This document shows, in pieces, positions 1 through 17,954 of a stretch of 64,000 bases of DNA. The notes under the pieces were generated by a model. The model did no database searches, was not told the origin of the DNA, and saw only the letters and a list, made by a program, of their open reading frames with translations. Position 1 is the first letter of the stretch. Each line of letters opens with the position of its first letter. Both the position numbers and the translations under genes were made by a program. Source of the DNA: Balanoglossus misakiensis (lineage: Eukaryota > Animalia > Hemichordata); the NCBI GenBank assembly GCA_040954595.2, contig CM082583.2:5578849-5642848 (forward strand), written 5' to 3'.

Positions 1-3000
1 AGTTGGGAAGGGATCACGAGTTGTTCTTCTTCCATGAACTCAGCCCCGGCAGCTGTTTCTTCCATCCCAAAGGAGCACACATCTATAACACTCTTATAGA
101 ATTCATGAAGGTGAGCGAAATGGGCAGTCACTTTTGTACCAGAGAGTCTGTTCCTAGCTTTCATTGGATGCGTGTTCGGTAATATTAATACCAGCAATCG
201 TTTTAGCCTAATTAGTGCGTGCAATTTGAATTGGTCACCCAAAACCCATGTCCCAAAAGAACAGTCTGTTGCTATCTAGTAGTTACCAGTTGTATGTGGA
301 GCTGTTGTTCGTAAAGCTGGTTTCGAGTTCTTAAAATATGCAGCTTTCATATATCTGTTGTACACCTGTTTGAAGGGAGAATTGATAAAAGTGTCATATT
401 GAAAAACAACCATACATAATATGCGTCCACTGCATATTGCCCGGAAATGTGACCTTTTTTGTGTGTGTGTTTGTTTTCCCAACAGTCGGAATACAGGAAG
501 CGCAACTTTCAGGAAGTGATTTCACCAAACATATACAACAGCAAACTGTGGGAAACTTCGGGGCACTGGCAACATTATTCGGTAAGTGTGCTGTGAACGT
601 CTACAGAAGAGAACCAGTATTTCATCAGAAACGTTTTGTGGTGTTTCAGGAAAACACTGTATGGAAATACCAGGTGTAATCATGTTGTGGGTATAGTCGT
701 TATGATGTTGTCAGTTGCAGCGGACTTTTATCCAACGATTCCATTTGTACGCCGATTTGAATCCTGATGTTTAATGGCTAATGGTTTGCGTCTTGTTTTT
801 CAATCAGGAGAACATGTTTTCCTTTGATTCTGAGAAAGAAAAGTTTGCACTCAAGCCGATGAACTGTCCTGGCCACTGGTGAGTACATCTTTACAACAAT
901 AGACGAAAACCCAGAGAATGGGACGAAGAAATTAGCCTGATCACTTGGCATGACAACAAACCACAGAAAAAAGTGCTAGTGTCCCAGCTGTGAAGATATT
1001 ACCTCTATACTGTATACTTATACATGTAACTTACAGACATGCACCTATACCTGTTTTTCACCAATTACCCATGTTTTTTTGACTCTTAGCTTGATATTTG
1101 ACCACCGGCCACGATCTTGGAGAGAGTTGCCCTACCGCATGGCCGACTTTGGCGTTCTCCACCGAAACGAGCTGTCGGGGGCACTCACTGGTCTTGTCAG
1201 GGTGCGCCGATTCCAACAAGACGACGCTCACATCTTTTGCAGATCTGATCAGGCAAGTGTCGCCAGCTTGTCGTGTTTGAGCTGTCATGACGTTGGCTTA
1301 AGATAAAATGAATATCTTTCTGTTTATTTATTTACAGCATTGCTTTTACACAATGCTGTTCTGTGGGTACTGACTGTAAAAAGGGTTATTTTCGCGACAG
1401 GAAATTTCGCGATATCGAAATAGGCAACTGTTAAGCAAGGATTAATTTTCGCATACTCGAATTTCTCTGCATCGGTATCTCTGGAAAAAAATTACACAAC
1501 TTTTTATTTTCCCCTTTTTTTTTTACTCTCGCAATTTCGCAAAAATTTATTGCTCGCAAAAATAACCTGTTTTACAGTTGCATGAAACCTTTAAATGTCA
1601 TGTTGGTGTTTTTCTGCTCATTTCTGCAGATTGCTGAAGAGATGGCCGGATGTCTGGATTTCCTCAAGAGCGTCTACGACACCTTTGGCTTCAATTTCAC
1701 TCTGAATCTGTCGACCAGGCCCGAGAAGTTCCTTGGAGAAGCTTCCGTCTGGGATCATGCTGAAAAGGTGAGGGCGCTGTCACGATTTTTCTCCCCGTGA
1801 AGTTTAGCCGCACAATTCTCTTGACCTTAAATAGGTTTTGGCTACCTAGGTGTGTGATAAAAATCTCACATGGTCGACACAATTTCAAGATGGCCGATTT
1901 TTGCCATGTTCAAGGAATAGGAGTTCATAAGCTAAAGTGATGATGGGTCATTCTGAAACTTTTTAACAGAAAAAATAACAAAATTTGAAAAAAGTTTAAT
2001 GTGGTAACTACAAAGACAGACATGTTTGACCAAAGGAAGTCATGAAATACAGTAAACATATCATTTCTTCTATCTCTTACTAATTTGAAGTTTCCACAGT
2101 AGGTGTTTTTAAGCTCATTGAAAGTTGTAATTTTTTTGATCAACAGCAACTGCAAGAGAGTCTGAACAACTTTGGGATGCCATGGAAACTGAACCCAGGT
2201 GATGGAGCATTTTATGGTCCAAAGGTAATCACGACATCAACTTTTTGTGATATTTAATCATTTTCTTTATCCTCTGACTATTTCATTGAAACTGTGCGAG
2301 GTTTGAATGTACATTTATTTTAAATGATGTGTTTTCTTTCCAGATCGACATTATCATTTTGGATGCTCTAAGACGAGCTCATCAATGTGCTACCATACAG
2401 CTCGATTTCCAACTTCCCGAGAGATTCAACCTCACTTATGTCAGGTAACAGAAATATACCTTTATGTACTAACATTAGTTTAACAATGGCTGGCCAAACT
2501 TAACTCTTATGACTGCATGGGAATAACTTGAATTGCTGATTTTGAATTGAATTGTTTGATTCAAGTAAGTTCTATAAAAGTTGATGTAATGTTCTTATCT
2601 GTACAGTCCTGACGGTACAGAGAAACGACCTGTGATGATTCACAGAGCAATCCTGGGATCCGTGGAGAGAATGATAGCCATTCTGACGGAAAACTACGGT
2701 GGCAAATGGTGAGTAAACAAAACACAAACACGCAGGTGTCGTGAGAAGAGTACACATAACACAAACATACGTACGAACAGTTGATTTTGGCCAATCACAG
2801 CTATCAGTATGTAACTACATGTATGTGCAAGTATGATGGGTTTTTTTGTAATGCAAATTTCCAGCACAGTTTTTCATTGACACTGTTTCACCTACCATGG
2901 TTTATTTTCAGTATAATTTGTTATACCTGACATGATCTTTGAAATCATCAACAATGGACATTTATTTCAGAAGTTCTGAAAATAACATGGGTGCAATTTC

Positions 3001-3568
3001 GTCAAACATTTGATGTCGTTTAATACTTAATGTTGTCAGGCCGTTCTGGTTGTCACCGCGTCAGGCCATGATAGTCCCTGTTGGTCCAAACGTCTACGAT
3101 TATGCACAGGAAGTTAGGACTCTGATCTTCGAAGCTGGTTTCCTGTGTGATGTCGATCTGGATGCTGGCGATACCATGAATAAGAAAATCCGCAACGCCC
3201 AGCTGGCTCAGTATAATTTCATTCTTGGTGAGTACATAGTGTATCCTCTGTGGCATAAGTTTGAAAGTCGCTTTGTGGAAAGCATCCCTACACAAAGTAA
3301 AGTCACCAGACCAGTGTCAAGTGTGGAAGACAATGTAATAGGTGTGGCTTGCAATGAAATTTAACCTCACACACTAATTTCCAGCAAACCTAAAACCACT
3401 TCTTGTTGTCTCCACACAGTTGTGGGTGAGAAAGAGAAAGAGAACAAGTCGGTCAACGTCCGTACGAGAGACAACAACATTCTCGGGGAGCGCACCATTC
3501 CGGCCGTTCTCGACCGTTTTCGCGTTCTCCGCGACCAGAAAACTCTTGAGAGCGAAGTCAGCTTCTAG
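1..3568 (+). CDS. TARS1: Threonyl-tRNA synthetase, cytoplasmic (3' part; 5' end outside window)
   Basis: Ten exons join in frame: <1-110, 486-581, 808-878, 1090-1252, 1630-1767, 2147-2224, 2344-2444, 2607-2708, 3040-3227, 3420-3568 (TAG). ThrRS motifs: [112 protein letters not shown], and anticodon-binding [21 protein letters not shown]. Confidence 0.97.
1373..1578. mobile_element. ~200-bp MITE (family 1, ACTGTAAA...TTTACAGT termini) in a TARS1 intron
   Basis: Imperfect terminal inverted repeats actgtaaaaagggttattttcgcga ... tcgcaaaaataacctgttttacagt. Internal sequence matches the copies at 37309-37508 and 61654-61736. Confidence 0.75.
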
Positions 3569-3827
3569 GAGGTGGCATCACCGACAGCGAGACCAGTGTA
3601 CATTTCAGTTCACAGACAATGCATGTTTTGGTTCTGACTCTGATAGATAAAATGACATTTAATATTCCTTAGCAACAAAGTGACAACAAAAGACTGGACG
3701 TGATAAATTATTCTGAAAAAATAAGAAAACTGTAGACATGTCATTATTTCCAAGTCCCGTCTTTTAAATGAAAACCTTCACGGTTAAAGATTAACATTTG
3801 ACTTCAGCCTCTATGTTTAACAGTCCC

Positions 3828-3833
3828 AATAAA
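3828..3833 (+). terminator. Candidate polyadenylation signal of TARS1
   Basis: AATAAA ~260 nt after the stop codon, followed by T-rich sequence. Confidence 0.45.
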
Positions 3834-5136
3834 CTCATTTCTGTACTGTATTTTTTTATCTATTTTGACCTCTAAGGAAATGGAATACAGAGATTTTACA
3901 TTTAGATATTTAGACATCTATTAGCCACTTCTTCCTAAAAGCTCAATCAGATTGCTAATAGCTGTGATTTATAACGGTATGTGTCAAAGGTAAAAGGGTC
4001 AATTTTGCCCTATCCTGTTGTCTCTTCTACAGCTGTATTTACATACCGATTTTGTAACTGAACATACATGTTTTCTTTGGTCTATTTTATATAATTCAGC
4101 AGTATCCAGGATTTCATTCTTGAGGCTGGCTAACCAAACACTTACTCAAGTGAGCTTCGGTCTGTAATGAAACAAATTTCATGCCTGTAGAATAGTATAG
4201 TACATATACATGTACATGTACATTGTACAGCCAAGAATCAGCAAAAGTAAAGATGGTGCCTAATTCTACATCTGATCTTAATCAGATTGCCACCAATATC
4301 AGTCAACTGTGAGACAACTTTCACTTGCAAGACTAGCAGATCAAGCATTCATTCTTACATCAATGCAAAATGTTTTACTTCAATATTATAATGGCATATG
4401 CTCTTTAAGATTTATTTCTTGACATTTTCTGGTTTCAGCTGTATATTGAAAACGAATGTTTAGTCAGCTGAGCCCCCAGTTAAGAAGTGAACAGCGCCCC
4501 CTATCAACGTAAATGAATTTTCAAAATAAAAATTGTATGTGTATTCAAGATGAAATGGAAAGAAGTCATTGAGGCACAAGCTTCAGTGCGTTGACTTCAT
4601 TTTTTTTCTTCATAAAAATTATGCATGTTGGACCTACATATATTCGTCTGAAAAGTATATGATGTCACTCGGAAAGAGCACCCAGCCCAGCACCCAGACA
4701 GTTTATGCATTCTGATGCTAAATTTCTCTCAATGATTTGTGTAGTTCATCAGTCATGTGCCACAGTAATGTTACTGATTACGATTAAAAGAATTGTCATA
4801 CTACTATGTTATGTTATGTGAAACCTAATTCCCCATGCACAGTCACGTGGGAATTGAATACAATGTAGTACAATTCACTCACACAATACGTGACTGTGGT
4901 CCGGTGCCTACGCCTGAAACCAAACAAAGGAATGAGCATTACCCCCATTAATTGTAAAGACTTCTGGGTGAACCCCAGATCGATCCCCTGGTGTCAAGTT
5001 CTGAACTGTTGACATTGGTGATTGTTGTACTGGTCTGGCGGAACGATTCACACGTGACTCAGACAGAGCTGACGGAAATACACGCATGGGCACGAGGAAC
5101 TCCCGGCAAACATTTTCATTACATTTCACGTTCAAA

Positions 5137-8691
<3,555 letters not shown>

Positions 8692-9414
8692 ACACCGAAA
8701 TTCCCATCCAGTTTTGTTCAGAATAGGTCTTTGTCATTTTAAATGTAAACAGTTTCATCAAAGGCTGTCTTAATATTGATTATGTATGCGGAATACAATA
8801 AATATGAATGCCATGCATGATGTGTGTCATTATGTTTGCAGGCATATGCACGAACGTTATGGAAAAGGGAGAGAGAAAGGGAGGGATTGATGAGGGAGAG
8901 GTGCATGAAATCGGGAATAATTGACACCAGCTCATTTATTGTGGGGGATTTTAACGTACAATATGTTCTTCATTAAAATCGATTTCAGAGATTAACTGGG
9001 ATTATAGTATATACGCTGATAAGTACGGGGACATTTTCTAATCTGTATTGCCCCAGAAGATGTCACTTTTTGAGGATTTGACATTTCATTGTAAATGATC
9101 AATTCTAAAATGTGGCCCTGGCCAGGTTCGTAAAATATGACCAACCCTCTCGGGTGGTCCGGTCTACCTCACCGCTCGTTCTAACTGACACCGCCCTAAA
9201 ACAGACAAATTATCTCGCTACGCGTACGACAAACCACTTTACCAACTTTGTCGTACATGTACTTTGATCACCAGGGTTAGTAGTCCGATTCCCTGCCCCC
9301 TTTCCATCAGCAGCGCAGCCAGCGGCGGTGATGAGGCAAGCAGCGGACCAGAGTGCAGGGTAAAGTAGGTTGCGTCAAGATCAAAGTAGAACACAACTCC
9401 AAATTCCAACAACG

Positions 9415-11768
<2,354 letters not shown>

Positions 11769-11935
11769 CGATCGTCCGACTCGGCATCTTTCTCTCGCGT
11801 CACAGATTTGTGTCGTCATATCAGCGACTAAAATTAATACTGATCCTTAGGGATAGAGGACAATAAAGTATAAAAAATACAGTACTTGTTTTTTAAGATG
11901 CTTTGATCTTATGATTTCAGTTATATAGTGAAATA

Positions 11936-12562
11936 CTATTTTAAATTTTCATATATTTGAAAACGGATTTTGTTTCGCATGCTCTCAGGGATTGGCCAGT
12001 CTTCCAACTTCCCGGGGTTACTTCTGAACGCCGCCAGCCAATCGTCACAAATTTGGCGGACAGTGTCCACGCTCACATTAAATCTGTAAGCTAAATCTTG
12101 GTCCAAAAGCCCTACTTTGTGACGAGTCATTACCATGAAGAACTGGTCAAGAGCCTTGATATTTGAAAGGTTTCTTTGAGACGTGGGGCGTAAATCAATG
12201 TAGTGGTCAAACCATTCCCTGAACTGGTCAAAATTTGGAAATCCCGTGTAGAATGATATGGCCTCGTTGTCATGTTTGAAGGTGTCAATTCCAAACTTGC
12301 TCTGCTGAACGTGGCAAATTTCTTTTGTGAGAGCCTTGTTCGCGTTTCGGAGTTCCCGTTCCTCTGATTCGTACGCGGCGATGCTTGTTTTGAGTTCGGC
12401 AACTTCGACTTTCAGTGCCCGCAGAACAAGGTCGATGTCCCGGGGACCGCAAACCTCTTCCGGGTCCATATCAACGTCGCCCTGTGAATGTGACGCTTTC
12501 GACAGGTCAGTGGACGTTTCGTTTCCTTCGCTGCGTTTTGCTCTTTCTGCAGAATGGTCCAT
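11936..12562 (-). CDS. PIF/Harbinger (ISL2EU-type) transposase-derived protein: coiled coil plus HTH (HTH_Tnp_4-like), no DDE domain
   Basis: Intact 208-aa ORF. Heptad-like LKVEVAELKTSIAAYESEERELRNANKALTKEI, then FYTGFPNF and QFFMVMTRHKVGLLDQDLAYRFNVSVDTVRQICDDW...WP, which match the N-terminal region of Harbinger/ISL2EU transposases. The stop falls where the catalytic domain would begin. Confidence 0.75.
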   Translation of the reverse strand: MDHSAERAKRSEGNETSTDLSKASHSQGDVDMDPEEVCGPRDIDLVLRALKVEVAELKTSIAAYESEERELRNANKALTKEICHVQQSKFGIDTFKHDNEAISFYTGFPNFDQFREWFDHYIDLRPTSQRNLSNIKALDQFFMVMTRHKVGLLDQDLAYRFNVSVDTVRQICDDWLAAFRSNPGKLEDWPIPESMRNKIRFQIYENLK

Positions 12563-13049
12563 TTTATTTACTCGCCTCCTCCCTGGGCGGCGGTGGTATC
12601 GGAGAGGGAGAGACCTAGGCTAAAATATCTCGGGTCCAGGATTGTCGTTTCAATGCAACCGCGTTACACGTGCACCTACGAACCGGGAGAGGTCAGCGAT
12701 GCATTGGGTTTTCGTATCCACGTATTCCTGTTGCAAGTACATATGCTGTGATCCTCACGACAACTGCCTGGCTTGCTGCAGACGAAGGCCGGATCGTGTG
12801 ATCAATTGTGAAGTCACTTATATCGTAGTCGCCCGCAAGGTCCAGATCTTCGACATGTTCTGGTTCTCATGCATGCATGGCGGATTGCAAAGTTCCCGTA
12901 TGAGTGACCGAAGGTCAACAACATAGGTATCTTTTCCTCGAGCGAAAGACTAAGCAAGACCAAGTTACTGTCCCGCGATTTTGGAGATATACTCTCTTGT
13001 ATCGCCTTCTCACAATTCAAACATTTCCACATAAATGACCATCAGTATT

Positions 13050-13327
13050 TTGACCCCCCGGCAAACCCAGTTAAACTTTGCAAATGTAATGCCATGGTGT
13101 GGTTCTTCACTCAACACTTTCTGGGAGCTGGGACCCCCGTTTTAGTGATATGTGACCCCCTGGAATTTACAATACATAGGAAGCCTTCCCATGGTAATTA
13201 ATGTTACTATTTTGCGTGTTCTATGACCGTACATTTATACGAAAAAGAGCCAATATATCATTGAAATGAAATTTGACAGCCATGATGGCAGCAGAAACTG
13301 GGTTCACCATCAGAGGGCGCACCTTAA
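13050..13327. mobile_element. Probable fragment of a TTAA-targeting non-autonomous DNA element (one terminus only)
   Basis: Ends in ...gagggcgcacc-TTAA, like the TTAA-flanked elements at 21320 and 52009. No matching left end found, so the start coordinate is approximate. Confidence 0.3.
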
Positions 13328-15284
13328 TTTGCACTGAAGACCCTAATCGTGTCCATTCATTCAAACGACACGCACATTTTATCGTGGATATCACGTACCC
13401 CAGTCATCCAATAATGTTCTACTGATTATTAAAGCGTCACCTGTTTTTGGCACACGGATCAGTTGCCTGCGGGGTAATCAGCAAAATCGCCAAGATGGGG
13501 ATTACGGCGAGATAGGGACTTCAGCGGAAAGGATTAAGCAAAAAGTGAAATAAGACCCACATGTCTGAGGTCTAGATTTTCCTCAGGGAAATTTGAACAT
13601 TAATAACGGTTGTTTTAGCACTTTTAGGCCCCTGTATCAAGAACACTACACGCATAATTTACATAATCCATATCATTATTCTGTTTTATTCTTTAATATT
13701 ATTTCTCTTGACAGAGTATCATTGTAAAATGATAAACATAATAATTAGACATTAATATCGAAGTAACAAGTAGTTGATATTTTACTGGCAAATATTTGAA
13801 ACAAATAAGTGATGTAATTATCACCCATTAATTTGCGAGTACAGTCCGCCGGCCATATTTTCCCGTTCGGTGCAGGGAATCATTATTTTAAACAGCTAAT
13901 GTTTGCATGTTGTCATTAATTTTAATGAGAAAACGGTTCACAACACTCTCAAAACATAATTTCACGGATCATTGACAATTAACATTAAATACTAATTTAC
14001 ATGGTTCGACTTGCAGTTTGAAACTGTTTCATGAATACTAGTAACTTATTAAAATGGCGCCTTCCATTATTCCGAGCGCTTTGTTATGAAGGATTTTTCA
14101 ATATTCCTAGATTCAAAGCCTTTGTTATAACATAAAAGACACAGGATTCTGCTTGTGATAGATTTACAATTTTAATGCAAACCGTTCATACAACTGTGTT
14201 GAGTAAAATGCTAAAAGCATATGTCTTACTGCATTTATCGTTGAAATTACATAACTCGGACCATACAGAGTTTTTATCATCTGATAAAAAGAGCTGATCT
14301 GACAATGAAGAAGGACCACATGCTAGGCCCCTAACTCGAGGTTCACATTATATTATAAAATGAATTTTAAATTGAAGTTTTTAGCTGTGTATCCATATAC
14401 ACAAAACAGGCCCAATGATGATTTAGAACATCCCCATACAATATGTGATAAATAAGCGAGTATTTTCGAAGGAAAATGAAACTTGTGGCTTAGCTTTCGT
14501 GACCACAAAACCGCTCTGTGTGTTTTAGACACGATAATAAATACATGTAGGTCATACCAAAAAGCGTACCATGGTTTTCATTACGATTCGCATGAAATGA
14601 AAATATCAGGTCGGGGAGATGCTATCGGTGCCAATATGTGCCAATCTTTTCAAGGTCTACCCAACGGGTCAGGGCGTGTTTCCAGTTATCGTTGTATCTT
14701 TTCAAATTACTGTAAGGCATAGATTCTTTCGCGCGTTTTGAACTGAAAACAAGCACGGAGTCGTGTCAAAGTTCGCTATTTTGTCCTGTTGAGTTGCACG
14801 TAGCTTCGACAGTTAATCAAACACACACGCGAAGTACGTTGTCAACGTGCGGCTACCATGTGTACGGTTGTACCACGTGGTTGTATAGGACAAAATAACC
14901 GTTGCTATTATGATCCCTGCCCCTGTGACACATGCACTTCGTCCCCTGCAAATCCTTCCCGGAGTCTACGGGCCCTGCCCTGCCCTGAATGAAGAACTAG
15001 ACAATTATAATTGTGACGTGAATTTAAGATATAATTCTTAAAAATTAAGGTGAAGTTAGAAATTCTAAATCAATGGCATGATCAGGAAAAATCGTGTATT
15101 GCACATTTGAAACATTGCTAAGAAACCACGGAAAAAAATAAATTATCAACATTGATTGTAAATTTGAATAGTAAGCCTATGGTCAGGCCAGGGAGCTACA
15201 ACAATTTTAGCTCCATGGTCGATCAGGCGTACGTGTAGTAACCGTTATTTTATCTTGAATGACTCATCACAAGCTTACTGCGTC

Positions 15285-16187
15285 TTATCCGCTGATAATG
15301 ACCAAACCGGCCATGCTGACGACACCAATGGTAACGGAGACAACCTTCCAAAACCGATCTCCAAACGTATTGATTTCTTTGGCCAAGACTTCTAAAAAAG
15401 TTATGTAGAGCAACGTGCCCGTGGCGATGGCCTGTAGGACAGCCGTCGTGACGATGCTGGTGAATTCTGACGCCACGGTCTGGAAAATGATGCCAAGACC
15501 GACGCCCAGGGGCGATGTCACCGCAAAGCAAAGGCACGAAGTCAGGACGCCCCACTTGCCCATGTTACTCTGTACTAGTTTGAGGCCCAAGCTGAATGCT
15601 AGAACGCATTTGTGGATGGCCACTGCCGTGAAGAGTCTGACTACCCCCGAGCTGTCATTCCTGAGACCGATGGCCAATCCTTCGAAGAGGGAGTGCAGGG
15701 ACAGGGCGATGAGCAGCGAGAAAGAGCGCAGTCTCGCCGAAAACGTCGTCTTGGCATAGTCGGTCGAGTCATCCTCGGCCTCGCTGGTGGTGTCCACGTC
15801 GACAAGCGACGCCAGTTGCAGCTTAGGTGTCTCCGGGCGGGTCTCTTTGCACCCGAGGACTGTTTGCTCCACGGCGAGTACCAACAGGAACCCCATTGTT
15901 ATGACCAATTCAGCGATAGGGTAGTCCATCTGCATGTCGGTCTTCTCGAACAACTCGACGAACTGAACCTGGACTGTGGGAAGCAGGTCCATCAGGCAGG
16001 TAGCCAGGAAGACTCCGCCGGCGAAACAGTTCATCAGCCGAAGAACCCGGGAGGCCCCAGACCGTCTCCCCGCACCGTCCCGGGAAGAGAACGCCGCCGT
16101 CAGTCTCATAGGGAGGAGTCCGAAAACCACGACCAGCCCGAGAAGGCCGAATAGGGCCAACACCTTGGTCAATATTAACGCGTCCAT
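15285..16187 (-). CDS. ZIP (SLC39) zinc/metal transporter, ZIP1/2/3-like, intronless CDS
   Basis: 300-aa ORF with about 8 hydrophobic segments. Motifs NCFAGGVFLATCLMDLLP, YPIAE, TM4 ALSLHSLFEGLAIG, TM5 AVAIHKCVLAFSLG, SPLGVGLG, and LQAIATGTLLYITFLEVL are typical of ZIP subfamily II. Confidence 0.95.
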   Translation of the reverse strand: MDALILTKVLALFGLLGLVVVFGLLPMRLTAAFSSRDGAGRRSGASRVLRLMNCFAGGVFLATCLMDLLPTVQVQFVELFEKTDMQMDYPIAELVITMGFLLVLAVEQTVLGCKETRPETPKLQLASLVDVDTTSEAEDDSTDYAKTTFSARLRSFSLLIALSLHSLFEGLAIGLRNDSSGVVRLFTAVAIHKCVLAFSLGLKLVQSNMGKWGVLTSCLCFAVTSPLGVGLGIIFQTVASEFTSIVTTAVLQAIATGTLLYITFLEVLAKEINTFGDRFWKVVSVTIGVVSMAGLVIISG

Positions 16188-17798
16188 TGTGCACTCTGGT
16201 TGTGCGATTTACCCTGGCTGTGATCATCTGAGTTTGGTGCGCGGCGATGGCTTTGGTAGTAGCATGTAGCTGACAGGCGTGCCTCACTTCATTTTTAAAT
16301 ATCTTGGGCAAGATCGACCTCGATCGTCGCCATTCGGGTTACTCGTATACTCACATACGCCGTACGCGTCGATTGCGGATATATGTCCCTTATTGGCATG
16401 CAAATCACTCGGACGAAACCATTCTTATCGAGCATACGTGCATGAGCGCAGTCGGTCGCCTACTATATTATGCTTGTGCCGATTGCAAACTTGTTGTGAC
16501 ATTACGTTTAATATGCAAAAGCATCAGCTTCAATTTTATTTTATACGTACATACCATAAATTGTTTAAAATCACGCAAGTTGCAACACAAATTGGTTGCC
16601 TATTATTAACCGTTATAGTTGCGACCCACATAAGACAGACAGGTGATATTGTATTGGCCTGATACCGACATGTACTTTTGAAATCGGATTTTGTAATAAG
16701 CTTATGACGCTTTGTCATATCATGATAATCCCTTTACCATCGGAATGATAGCTCCAGTTAATAATTTAGGCGAATAAACTAAGTTCGAACATCGCTCGCT
16801 AAAGTAAAAACAAATGTCACAGTGTACAGTCAGCTGGGAGAAGGTGGTGGTGGTACCCTCATACTGGAATAAAAAAAATCGACGATTATTACAATTATTT
16901 AAACTGGCAATGATGCTATGTGTTGTCTTTCAGTTGTGAGACGAACAATTAGCATGTTCGTGTAGGTGGAGATTTGAACACGGCCTGGGAATACAGAAGT
17001 TACACATATGAATCGTCATGAAACTGGCTTATTCAAAGTGCGCATTTCAACCTTGAAATTAACAATAAGCGCGCACACAAAAAATTGCTATGTGTTTCAC
17101 TTCTCCGTATCTCGGTACCTGTTACGGTGAGTGTCTTTTTTGTTTAACTTCCCCTGACAAGACTGCTGTATATAAGCTTACGTAGGCCTACGTGATGCCC
17201 ACTATGTATGTCGGAAGAACGCTTGAAAAACTTAAAACCTATAAAATACAAGACTGGTGTCATTGGCGTAGTTATATGTGTGGTGTCTAGTCCAGAACGT
17301 CCCGGAGGCAGGGGGGGGGGGGTATATGCTATTAAATCTTATTCGGGATCCAGGACGACCTAGGCCTACACCCAAGCCGTGTGGACCGCGGAAGATGTGT
17401 TCAGCAGCACGTGCATATAGACCTACATGTTCCCCACATTAATCATTTAACCAAAACTAACATACGCCGAAAAGTTGACATAAACTTTGTGTGTACATGT
17501 GTAGTTTTAAATTTTGACCCCAACAGAAAAAAATGAAACACCATGGCAACACCAAAGTTAATGCCTCTGCATAACAATTTCAAAAAGTTTAATGACGTGA
17601 AATGGTACACAGCGAGCCATAGGGCATATACTATTTACAAAAAATGATTGTTCTTTATTCGAGCAAACAGATCGCTATATTTGCACCACCACCAACATTA
17701 CTGGTATTATAAATCTAAAACACCTCGGACAATAACGTGCGTCGGCTCGGAAAACCACGGCCCCAAGTGGAGGAACGAATTTATCAACAAACAGATTT

Positions 17799-17810
17799 CA
17801 AAATGGCTGC
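17799..17810 (+). promoter_or_regulatory. YY1-like motif upstream of GFM2, in the divergent ZIP/GFM2 intergenic region
   Basis: CAAAATGGCTGC matches the YY1 consensus and lies ~150 nt upstream of the predicted GFM2 ATG. Confidence 0.4.
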
Positions 17811-17954
17811 GTCCTTGGTCAGGGACGAGGCACGAGGCCAGTTGAATTCGTGTTGATTTTGCTAAGATAATGACGTTACATTGAACATATCCAGGTGCAT
17901 TTAAGAATGTGGTGAAATAAAACTAGTCGGAGTAGCCGTTCGTTCGTTATAGCA

